Origin: Candidatus Woesearchaeota archaeon
GTDB lineage: Archaea > Nanobdellota > Nanobdellia > Woesearchaeales > UBA10216
Assembly (NCBI GenBank): GCA_016935265.1
Contig: JAFGRH010000002.1
Span: forward strand, 6,423 to 30,422
Direction: 5' to 3'
Length of the DNA: 24,000 nucleotides
The notes beneath the pieces were generated by a model that was given only the letters and a program-made list of their open reading frames with translations, was not told where the DNA came from and searched no databases. A program made the position numbers and the translations under genes. Positions 8,063 to 15,966 of this stretch are shown here, piece by piece (the first letter of the stretch is position 1; each line of letters begins with the position of its first letter).

Positions 8063-9124
8063 ATGAGTGCTAAACTTGTGCTTGAAGACAAGAGCGTTTT
8101 CTACGGGGCTTCATTTGGTGCTTCTCGTTCTGTAGCAGGAGAGGTAGTCTTCAATACAAGCATGGTTGGCTATCCTGAAGCAATGACTGATCCCTCTTAC
8201 AGGGGGCAGATATTAGTCCTTACTTATCCCTTAGTTGGCAACTACGGAGTTCCATCAGATGAAAAGGATGAGCTTGGCCTGCTAAAGAACTTTGAGTCAG
8301 ATAAGATACAGATAAGCGGCCTTATAATTTCTGATTATTCTTACAAGCACAGCCACTGGAGCTCTGTAAGGAGCCTTGCGGACTGGATGAAGAAGCAGAA
8401 TATTCCGGGAATTGCGGGCGTGGACACAAGGGCCCTCACTAAAAAGCTGCGCGAGAAGGGCGTTATGCTTGGCAAGATGGTGATAGAGGGGAAAATTGAT
8501 TTTGAAGACCCAAACAAAAGGAACCTTGCCGCAGAGGTTTCTGTAAGGGAAAAGGTTGTTTATAACGAGAGCGGAAAGAAAAAAGTAGTTCTTGTTGACT
8601 GCGGTGCAAAGAACAACATAATAAGGAGCCTTGCCCAGCGCGGATGCTGCGTCATACGAGTTCCCTGGGATTACAATTTTCTTGAGGAGGAGTTTGACGG
8701 CTTAATGGTAAGCAACGGACCAGGCGACCCGAAGATGTGCGATGCTGCGATAAAGAACGTTGCTGCCACGATGAAGAAGGGAATCCCTACTTTCGGCATA
8801 TGCCTGGGAAACCAGATAGTGGGGCTCGCCGCAGGGTGTGATACCTATAAGCTGAAGTACGGCCACCGCTCGCAGAACCAGCCCTGCACCGATATGGAAA
8901 CAAAAAGGTGCTACATCACTACGCAGAACCACGGATTTGCTGTTGACGCAAGAAAGATGCCTTCCGGCTGGGAGGAGTGGTTCAGGAACGAGAACGACGG
9001 CACAAATGAAGGGCTTAGGCACAAAACAAAGCCTTTCATGTCTGTCCAGTTCCATCCTGAAGCGACGCCAGGCCCTGTTGATACTGCATTCCTCTTTGAC
9101 AGGTTTGTGGGGATGATGAAATGA
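8063..9124 (+). CDS. carA: Carbamoyl-phosphate synthase small (glutamine amidotransferase) subunit
   Basis: VFNTSMVGYPEAMTDPSYRGQILVLTYPLVGNYG, nucleophile elbow GICLGNQ, HGFAV, and QFHPE (His/Glu of the triad). An alternative TTG start lies at 8060. Confidence 0.93.
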   Translation: MSAKLVLEDKSVFYGASFGASRSVAGEVVFNTSMVGYPEAMTDPSYRGQILVLTYPLVGNYGVPSDEKDELGLLKNFESDKIQISGLIISDYSYKHSHWSSVRSLADWMKKQNIPGIAGVDTRALTKKLREKGVMLGKMVIEGKIDFEDPNKRNLAAEVSVREKVVYNESGKKKVVLVDCGAKNNIIRSLAQRGCCVIRVPWDYNFLEEEFDGLMVSNGPGDPKMCDAAIKNVAATMKKGIPTFGICLGNQIVGLAAGCDTYKLKYGHRSQNQPCTDMETKRCYITTQNHGFAVDARKMPSGWEEWFRNENDGTNEGLRHKTKPFMSVQFHPEATPGPVDTAFLFDRFVGMMK

Positions 9125-9798
9125 TGAAAATAGGCCACCGCGGGGCTGCAGACCTTGAGCCTGAGAACACTCTGCTCGGAATAAAGAGAGCGATTGAGCT
9201 TGGCATGGATGCAGTGGAAGTCGATGTTCGCAAGACAAAGGACAACCACCTCGTTGTCATTCACGATGAAAAGGTTGACCGGACAACTGACGGAAAGGGC
9301 TATGTCTGCGAGATGACCCTTGAACAGATTCAGAAGCTGAAGTCAGGGAAAGGAGAAAGAATACCCACGATACAGCAAGTGATTGATGCGGTTAAGGGAA
9401 AATGCAAGCTCATCATCGAGCTTAAGGAGCACACGACAGAAATTGCAGTTGCTGAAATAATTAAGAAGAATAAGCTGGAGGAAGAATGCTACGTCATTTC
9501 TTTCCACCACCCGATTATAAGGATGATTAAGTCCTACTGCCCAGAACTTCATACAGGATTGCTTTTCGTGGGCGAGCCTGTTGAACCTGTGAAGGTGGCA
9601 GAAGAGGCAAATTCAGAAGCCCTATTCCCGAACTACAAGTTTTTAACCAACCAGATGACTTCAAAGCTGCACAACGCAGGGATGAAAATTTTTGTATGGA
9701 ACTGCGATACAAAAGAAGACATAGAATGCATGAAAAAGGCAGGCGTTGACGGCATAAGCAGCAACAGGCCTGATTTGCTGGCAGAGGTGCTTGGATGA
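9121..9798 (+). CDS. Glycerophosphodiester phosphodiesterase (GDPD family)
   Basis: MMKIGHRGAADLEPENTLLGIKRAIELGMDAVEVDVRKTKDNHLVVIHDEKVDRTTDG is the canonical GDPD N-terminal signature (HRG...ENT...E.DV...D...V.HD). Overlaps the carA stop (ATGA). Confidence 0.85.
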   Translation: MMKIGHRGAADLEPENTLLGIKRAIELGMDAVEVDVRKTKDNHLVVIHDEKVDRTTDGKGYVCEMTLEQIQKLKSGKGERIPTIQQVIDAVKGKCKLIIELKEHTTEIAVAEIIKKNKLEEECYVISFHHPIIRMIKSYCPELHTGLLFVGEPVEPVKVAEEANSEALFPNYKFLTNQMTSKLHNAGMKIFVWNCDTKEDIECMKKAGVDGISSNRPDLLAEVLG

Positions 9799-9810
9799 GA
9801 AATGTGAAAG

Positions 9811-10060
9811 AATTCCTGAAAAAACAAAAGATTTTCAGAGAATCCGCACTAGCCACTGGTCAGGCTCGGCTAGGACATATAAAACGGAAGTGTACTTATA
9901 ATTCTACGCTCGAGGCGCACGCAGACCGCCTAAATTATGGCTTTTGGTCTAACGACCAAAACCCATTTACGGCGGTCCGCTTAACGCGCCCCTCGCTCCG
10001 GAAGAGTGAGATTTCCAACATCCACTGTGGAAATCTCACATTAAATGAGTTTTCCGGAGA
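9811..10060 (+). ncRNA. Unclassified highly structured RNA region (a leader or ncRNA) upstream of the homing endonuclease core
   Basis: Perfect helices read directly from the sequence. H1: ctgaaaa 9816-9822 pairs with ttttcag 9832-9838. H2: ctagcc 9849-9854 pairs with ggctag 9868-9873. H3: cgaggcgc 9911-9918 pairs with gcgc(cc)cctcg 9986-9995, and encloses H4. H4: gaccgcc 9924-9930 pairs with ggcggtc 9971-9977, with an apical ttttggtc 9942-9949 paired to gaccaaaa 9954-9961 (loop taac). H5: ctccggaa 9996-10003 pairs with ttccggag 10052-10059, plus the 12-bp gtgagatttcca 10006-10017 paired to tggaaatctcac 10028-10039. The 3' strand of H5 contains the ggag that sits 8 nt before ATG 10068. TATA-like atataaaa (9877-9884) lies about 27 nt before H3. 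The stems are locally GC-rich and the Arg codons are CGN-rich, unlike neighbouring genes. Confidence 0.5.
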
Positions 10061-10067
10061 AAGAAAA

Positions 10068-11027
10068 ATGGAAACAAAGTTTGAAGTGCACTTTTGGAAC
10101 TTATCTAATAGAGCAAGATATCACCTAGGTGCTTCTTTCTTAAAAAGGCTCTTTGACAACGCCGGAGCCGGGGATTTGCGCCAGCTGGCAAAACATATAG
10201 GTGTTTCTTATCCTTACATCTCACCATTAGTTAGGGGAGTTTACAGCATACCTACAAACCTTCTTGTAAAGCTTGCTGAAAAAGCAAATATCGGATTAGA
10301 AGAGGTTGAAAAAAACATAGTTGCTGTCAGGACTAGACACGGAAAGGTTTGTAGATTGAAATTTCCGATATTACCATCTGCTTCAATGGCTTCTTTGATA
10401 GGGCATGTGTTTGGCGATGGTTACATTGGAAACAAGAAAAGGCAATTTGAGTATTGTAACGACAATCCTAATCTATTAGCAGAGGTAAAGAAGCATTTAA
10501 GGGTTGCTTTTGGATTAGAACCGATGACAGAAAGGGCGAATAGAATAGGCTACTCATCTATTGTTGGAGAAATATTGGTAGCGTTTGGCTCTCACGTTGC
10601 GCCTAAAGTAAAATCAGAGAAACAGATACCTGAATGGATTAAATCAGGACCGAAAGAATACAAAGCTTCGTTCTTAAAGGCGCTTTTTGATGATGACGGC
10701 TCGGTCCTCTATTCCGAAGGTTACAATGCTAAAGGGGTCAACTTTTATCAGATAAGGGAGAAGAATATTCTACAAAAATCCCACCAGCTCCTTGACGAAA
10801 TAAAACAATTGCTGCAGGAATTTGAAATTTTCCCGGGAGAACCGCATTTGAGAAAAACCTATTTTAGCCATGGCGAAGAGCATGCAATCAGCTATATCAA
10901 TATCACAAATTACAAGAGCATTTTAAATTTCTACTCAAAGATAGGTTTGGCCGACGGAGATAAGAATAATCGGCTTAAAAAGATTGTAGCAAGAAGAATT
11001 CACAATAATCTAGGAGGTAACTTATGA
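10068..11027 (+). CDS. Free-standing double-motif LAGLIDADG homing endonuclease with an N-terminal HTH domain
   Basis: Motif 1 is SLIGHVFGDGYIG and motif 2 is ASFLKALFDDDGSV, about 100 aa apart, which is the monomeric two-domain architecture; the acidic catalytic residues are retained. An HTH-like LRQLAKHIGVSYPYISPLVRGVYSIPTNLLVKLAE lies upstream of them. The same frame stays open back to ATG 9795 (an ATGA overlap with GDPD), so a 410-aa form is possible. The stop TGA 11025-11027 overlaps the carB ATG. Confidence 0.8.
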   Translation: METKFEVHFWNLSNRARYHLGASFLKRLFDNAGAGDLRQLAKHIGVSYPYISPLVRGVYSIPTNLLVKLAEKANIGLEEVEKNIVAVRTRHGKVCRLKFPILPSASMASLIGHVFGDGYIGNKKRQFEYCNDNPNLLAEVKKHLRVAFGLEPMTERANRIGYSSIVGEILVAFGSHVAPKVKSEKQIPEWIKSGPKEYKASFLKALFDDDGSVLYSEGYNAKGVNFYQIREKNILQKSHQLLDEIKQLLQEFEIFPGEPHLRKTYFSHGEEHAISYINITNYKSILNFYSKIGLADGDKNNRLKKIVARRIHNNLGGNL

Positions 11028-14000
11028 AAGAAAAGCCACACAAAGTTTTAGTGCTAGGCAGTGGGGCTCTTAAAATCGGAGAGGCCGGCGAGAGTGCCTA
11101 AAAGCACCGCCATTTCGACTACTCCGGTTCACAAGCCCTGAAAGCGCTTAAGGAAGAAGGCATAAAGACAGTCCTGATTAACCCTAACATTGCTACTATT
11201 CAGACTGACAAGAGGTTTGCTGACAGCATTTACTTCCTGCCTGTCAATGCAGACTTTGCAACTAAAGTGATTGCTAAGGAAAAGCCTGACGGCATCCTGC
11301 TCAGCTTCGGCGGGCAGACAGCGCTGAACTGCGGCGTTGAGCTGGAGAGGCGGGGTGTTTTGAAGAAATACGGCGTAAAAGTTCTTGGAACGCCTGTCGA
11401 AACGATAAGGAATACTGAGGACAGGCAGCTTTTTGTTGATAAGCTTAACGAGATAAACAAGAAGACCCCGAGAAGCTTTGCTGTGAAGACAGTTTCGGAT
11501 GCTGTAAAAGCTGCCAAAAAGCTCGGCTTCCCAATAATCATAAGGTGCGCTTTCTCGCTTGGCGGGCAGGGCTCGAACATCTGCTACGAAGAGGAATCTT
11601 TGAAGAAAAGCGCTGCAATAGCGCTGTCGAACACTCCCCAGATTCTTGTTGAGGAATACCTTGGAGGCTGGAAGGAAGTTGAGTATGAAGTTGTGCGAGA
11701 TTCCTATGACAACTGCATTACTGTCTGCAACATGGAGAACTTTGACCCGCTCGGCATACACACAGGAGAGAGCATAGTTGTTGCTCCATCGCAAACACTC
11801 ACCAATCATGAATACCACAAGCTCAGGGAAATCTCAATCGCTGTTATAAAGCACCTAGGGATTATTGGGGAGTGCAACATACAGTTCGCCCTTGACCCAA
11901 AGAGCGATGATTACAGGATTATAGAGGTAAATGCCCGCCTTTCCAGAAGCTCTGCCTTGGCGAGCAAGGCTACAGGCTACCCTCTTGCTTTTGTAGCTGC
12001 AAAGCTTGCGCTGGGATACTCCCTGCCTGAGCTAAGGAACTCGATAACAAAGTCAACAACTGCCTGCTTCGAGCCTGCGTTGGATTACATCGTTGTTAAG
12101 ATTCCGAGATGGGACCTTAAGAAGTTCAAGAACGTCTCAAAGCTCATAGGCACAGGGATGAAAAGCGTTGGCGAGGTAATGGCAATAGGCAGAAATTTTG
12201 AGGAGTCATTCCAGAAAGCCCTGAGGATGCTTGACATAGGAATGTACGGGCTTGCAGCTAACAACATGGAGTTCAGCGACCTTGACAGCGAGCTGAAAAA
12301 CCCCACGGATGAGCGGGTTTTCGCAATAGCAGAGGCTTTCAGAAAAGGCTATACTGTTGAAAAGGTGAATGCCTTCTCGAGGATAGATTGCTGGTATTTA
12401 GAAAAGATGAAGGGAATAATGGACATTGAAAAAGAGATTCGCGGAAAGCTCAGCCCTGAAGTTCTCCTGAGGGCAAAGAAGGCGGGCTTTTCAGACAAGC
12501 AGATATCCCTTCTGCAGGACAAGCCTGAGCTAGAGATAAGGAAGTACAGGAAGGAAAACAGGATAATGCCTGTTGTCAAGCAGATAGACACCCTTGCCGC
12601 AGAATACCCTGCGAAGACGAATTACCTCTATATGACTTACAACGGCATTGAGAATGACATAGAGTTCAGCAACAAAAAAACTGTCATAGTGCTCGGCTCA
12701 GGGGCTTACCGAATCGGCAGCTCAGTAGAGTTTGACTGGTGCTGCGTAAACGCTGTTTTTACACTAAGAAAGCTGGGCTACAACACCATAATGATAAATT
12801 ACAATCCGGAAACGGTCTCGACTGACTATGACGAGTGCGACAGGCTTTACTTTGACGAGCTTTCCTTCGAAAACGTTGCTGACATCTATGACAGGGAAAA
12901 GCCTGAGGGTGTGATAATATCGATGGGCGGGCAGATTCCGAACAACATTGCGATGAAGCTTAGGAATTACGGCTGCAGGATATTCGGCACAAAGCCTGAA
13001 AGCATAGACAACGCGGAAGACAGGTACAAGTTCTCAAGCCTCCTTGACAGGCTAGGCGTTGAGCAGCCTGAGTGGAGGGAATTGAAAAGCGCAAAGGAGG
13101 CAAAGGAATTTGCGCAGAAGGCAGGCTATCCTGTCCTTGTCAGGCCCTCTTACGTGCTCAGCGGCGCTGCCATGAGCGTCGCAACAAATGACGATGAGCT
13201 TCAGGAATACCTAACTAAAGCCTCAAAGGTGAACCAGGAGTATCCTGTTGTGATAAGCAAGTTCATAACCAACGCGAGGGAAATTGAGATTGATGCTGTG
13301 GCTAATAACGGCAAGCTTGTTGTGTGGGCTGTTACAGAACACCTCGAGAACGCAGGGGTGCATTCAGGCGATGCAACAATGGTTCTTCCGCCTCAGAAGA
13401 CCTACCTCGAAACCATTAGGAGAATTGAAAAGACAGCAAGGGTTATAGCACATTCGCTCAAGATAACAGGACCTTTCAACATACAGTTCCTAGCGAAGGA
13501 GGGATTCATCAAGGTTATAGAGTGCAACCTCCGCGCGTCAAGAAGCTTTCCTTTTGTTTCCAAGGTCCTTAAGACAAACTTCATAGAGCTGGCTGTAAAA
13601 ATGATAATGGGCAGGAGTGTCTCAGAGGAAGTTGCAAGCCAGCGAACATTCGCAACGCTTGACTACGTGGGGGTTAAGGCTCCGCAGTTCTCATTCTCAA
13701 GGCTCACAGGCGCAGACCCGATAGTTACTGTTGAGATGTCGTCAACAGGGGAAGTTGCTTGTTTGGGTGAGGACGCTGAGGAAGCCCTGCTGAAGTCAAT
13801 GCTTGCCACGGGATTCAGGTTTCCGAAGAAAAGGGTGCTTTTGAGCATTGGGGGCAATGAGAACAAGGTTAGGATGCTCGAAACCGCAAGGGTGCTGAAG
13901 AAGCTCGGGCTTGAGATATGCGCAACTGAGAAAACCTCAAAGTTCCTTGAGCAGGAAGGCATAGGCAACACCCTGCTTAACAAGATTGGAGAGAGGAAAA

Positions 14001-14227
14001 AGCCTAACATATATGACTATCTTACTGGCAAGAAGATTGACCTTGTCATAAACATCCCTATAGGCATGAGCTGGCGTGAGAGGCAGGACGGCTACATAAT
14101 AAGAAGGGCTGCTGCTGACTTCAGCATACCGCTTATAACAAACGCGCAACTCGCCAAATCAGTTGTAAACGCAATAGCCATGAAAAAGCACAAGGACCTC
14201 CAGATAAAGTCGTGGGAGGAATATTAG
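11024..14227 (+). CDS. carB: Carbamoyl-phosphate synthase large subunit, interrupted by a 21-nt insert carrying an in-frame TAA; proposed mature CDS join(11024..11092,11114..14227), 1060 aa
   Basis: Strong SD aggaggt (11012-11018) lies 5 nt before ATG 11024. The protein reads MKEKPHKVLVLGSGALKIGEAGE, then [SA*KHRH], then FDYSGSQALKALKEEGIKTVLINPNIATIQTD...GGQTALNCG. Two ATP-grasp halves are present (EVNARLSRSSALASKATGYPLA and ECNLRASRSFPFVSK) plus a C-terminal MGS-like domain. The ORF track only reports the part from internal Met 11267. All 1037 codons downstream of the insert are intact. Confidence 0.9.
11093..11113 (+). other. Candidate bulge-helix-bulge (relaxed BHB) mini-intron in the carB mRNA
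   Basis: The 21 nt are agtgcctaaaagcaccgccat. Central 4-bp helix: ggcg 11087-11090 pairs with cgcc 11108-11111. Unpaired aga lies at 11091-11093. Helix gtgc 11094-11097 pairs with gcac 11104-11107 and closes the loop ctaaaa, which holds the TAA. Unpaired att lies at 11112-11114. Cuts after the second nt of each 3-nt element remove exactly these 21 nt and recreate GAG|TTC (E-F). Confidence 0.4.
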
Positions 14228-14261
14228 CGGAAAGAATAAAAAGGCGCTAGGAATAACCAAA

Positions 14262-15179
14262 ATGGTGGACATAACTGCCAAACTCGGAAGGCTGAAGCTT
14301 GATAACCCGACAGTGCTAGCCTCAGGAATTCTGGGTGTTACGAAAGCCTCGCTGAAGTACGTTGCTTCTAACGGGGCAGGCGCTGTAACCATGAAGTCCG
14401 TTACTGTTGAGCCCAGAGCAGGGCACCACGCGCCTATAATACTGACTTATGAGGGCGGCATGCTTAACTCTGTTGGCTATTCCAACCAGGGCATAAAGGA
14501 GGCAAAAAAAGAATTTATAAGCCTTAAGGATGTTGGCGCTCCTGTTATTGCAAGCATAACTGCAGGCAGCAAAAAGGACTTCGCTTTCCTCGCAGAGCAG
14601 GTAAATGAAATGGGCTTTGCTGCAGTTGAGGCTGTGATTTCATGCCCGCACACCCCTGGCTTTGGGACGATGGCAGGGCAGGGAACTCCTGATTCCACAA
14701 GGGAAATAACTGCTGCTGTGAGAGATAAGACAAAGCTGCCGCTGTTCGTTAAGCTTTCCCCTTCTGTGCAGGGAATAGGCGAGGTTGCAAAGGCAGCTGA
14801 GGATGCAGGGGCAGATGCCATAACCGCAATTAATACCGGCGGTCCGGGTATGATTATAGATGTTAAGACCGGGAAGCCTATTCTCGGCGGGACAGTTGGC
14901 GGACTGAGCGGCGATGCCCTAAGGCCTATAGCAGTAAGGTGTGTTTATGATATCTACAAGTCTGTCAGGATACCAATAATAGGGACTGGTGGAGTGATGA
15001 CAGGGGAGCACGCCGCGCAGATGATTCTTGCAGGCGCCTCTGCTGTCGGCATAGGCACTGCGGTTTATTATCGCGGCGCTGACGTTTTCAGAAAGGTCTG
15101 CGATGAGCTTCAGGGAGTAATGAAGGAGGCAGGCTACAAAAACATATACGGCATGAGGGGTATGGCACATGAAGAGTGA
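14262..15179 (+). CDS. pyrD: Dihydroorotate dehydrogenase, class 1B catalytic subunit
   Basis: LKLDNPTVLASGILG...SVGYSNQGI...ISCPHTPG...FVKLSP...AINTGG...GGLSGDALRPIAVRCV...IPIIGTGGV. Followed directly by pyrK. Confidence 0.9.
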   Translation: MVDITAKLGRLKLDNPTVLASGILGVTKASLKYVASNGAGAVTMKSVTVEPRAGHHAPIILTYEGGMLNSVGYSNQGIKEAKKEFISLKDVGAPVIASITAGSKKDFAFLAEQVNEMGFAAVEAVISCPHTPGFGTMAGQGTPDSTREITAAVRDKTKLPLFVKLSPSVQGIGEVAKAAEDAGADAITAINTGGPGMIIDVKTGKPILGGTVGGLSGDALRPIAVRCVYDIYKSVRIPIIGTGGVMTGEHAAQMILAGASAVGIGTAVYYRGADVFRKVCDELQGVMKEAGYKNIYGMRGMAHEE

Positions 15180-15966
15180 ACTGCCAATAACGCTGCCTGT
15201 TGAAAAGGTAATTGACGAGGCTGAGGGAGTAAAAAGCCTTATTTTCAGGCATAAGCTGGATGCAAAGCCGGGGCAGTTTTTGATGGTTTGGATTCCGAGG
15301 GTTGATTTAAAGCCGTTCGGAGTTTCTTATCTTGAAGAGGGAAGCTTTGGAATAACTGTGTGCAAAGTAGGCCCTACATCAGAGAAGCTTTGCAGGGCAA
15401 AAAAGGGAGACCTGCTCGGCATCATGGGGCCTTACGGAAAGCCATTTACCCTTGAAGGCAGGAGGATAATATTAGTTGCTGGCGGCTACGGCGCTGCACC
15501 GCTTTTCCCGTTAGCAGAGGAAGCAAAAAAGAAGGGAATAACAACAACTTTCATTATCGGCGCCAAAAGCGAGAGCTACCTGATTTACAGGGAAAGGGCA
15601 AAGAAAGCAGGGATTAACACAATTATTACGACTGATGACGGGAGCTGCGGAAGGAAATGCTTTACGACAGATGCGCTTGAGGATGCTTTGAAGGCAGGCG
15701 GCATTGACAAGGTATACAGCTGCGGACCTGAGATTATGCTGAAAAAAGTTGCTGAACTGTGCAGGCGCCACCAAGTAAAGTGCGAGGTAAGCATGCACCG
15801 CTACATGAAGTGCGGCTTCGGCGTGTGCGGAAGCTGCTCTGTAGACGACCAGGGCTTCCCGCTCTGCAAGAAAGTAGTGCTTACAGGAGAAGAAGCTTTA
15901 AGGATAAAGGAGTTCGGACAGCACTCAAGGGATGCTTCAGGAACTAAGCAGCCTTTTGCAAGATGA
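15169..15966 (+). CDS. pyrK: Dihydroorotate dehydrogenase electron-transfer subunit (FAD / 2Fe-2S)
   Basis: PGQFLMVWIP...ILVAGGYGAAPL and a C-terminal cluster motif MKCGFGVCGSCSV...CKK. Overlaps pyrD by 11 nt. Confidence 0.87.
   Translation: MKSELPITLPVEKVIDEAEGVKSLIFRHKLDAKPGQFLMVWIPRVDLKPFGVSYLEEGSFGITVCKVGPTSEKLCRAKKGDLLGIMGPYGKPFTLEGRRIILVAGGYGAAPLFPLAEEAKKKGITTTFIIGAKSESYLIYRERAKKAGINTIITTDDGSCGRKCFTTDALEDALKAGGIDKVYSCGPEIMLKKVAELCRRHQVKCEVSMHRYMKCGFGVCGSCSVDDQGFPLCKKVVLTGEEALRIKEFGQHSRDASGTKQPFAR

Noticed and set aside
9801-9840. Weak resemblance between atgtgaaagaattcctgaaaaaacaaaagattttcagag and the carB 5' end atgaaagaaaagccacacaaagttttagtg, a possible duplicated target at the left edge of the endonuclease cassette
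   Set aside because: The match needs several indels in A/T-rich low-complexity sequence and cannot be distinguished from chance by eye. It is worth a formal alignment only.
9795-11027. The endonuclease as an intein or as part of a group I intron
   Set aside because: It is not embedded in-frame in a host protein, and it lacks the N-terminal Cys/Ser and C-terminal His-Asn-Cys/Ser/Thr splice junctions. I could not identify group I core elements (P3-P8, G-binding site), and no gene is interrupted at its boundaries.
11096-11111. T4 gene-60-style translational bypass (take-off GCC before TAA, landing GCC at 11109-11111, hairpin with the stop in its loop)
   Set aside because: Resuming after the landing GCC puts the ribosome in the wrong frame (att tcg act...), so it does not regenerate FDYSGSQ.
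11093-11113. TAA reassignment or readthrough as the explanation for the in-frame stop in carB
   Set aside because: TAA is the terminator of pgk, gap and pyrE in this same window. Even if it were read through, seven extra residues would split the invariant EFDYSG motif.
11129-11818. 229-aa ORF antisense to the 5' part of carB
   Set aside because: It lies entirely inside the strongly conserved carB frame on the opposite strand. It has no recognisable motif, a Cys/Phe/Leu/Ser-rich composition typical of shadow ORFs, and no start context.
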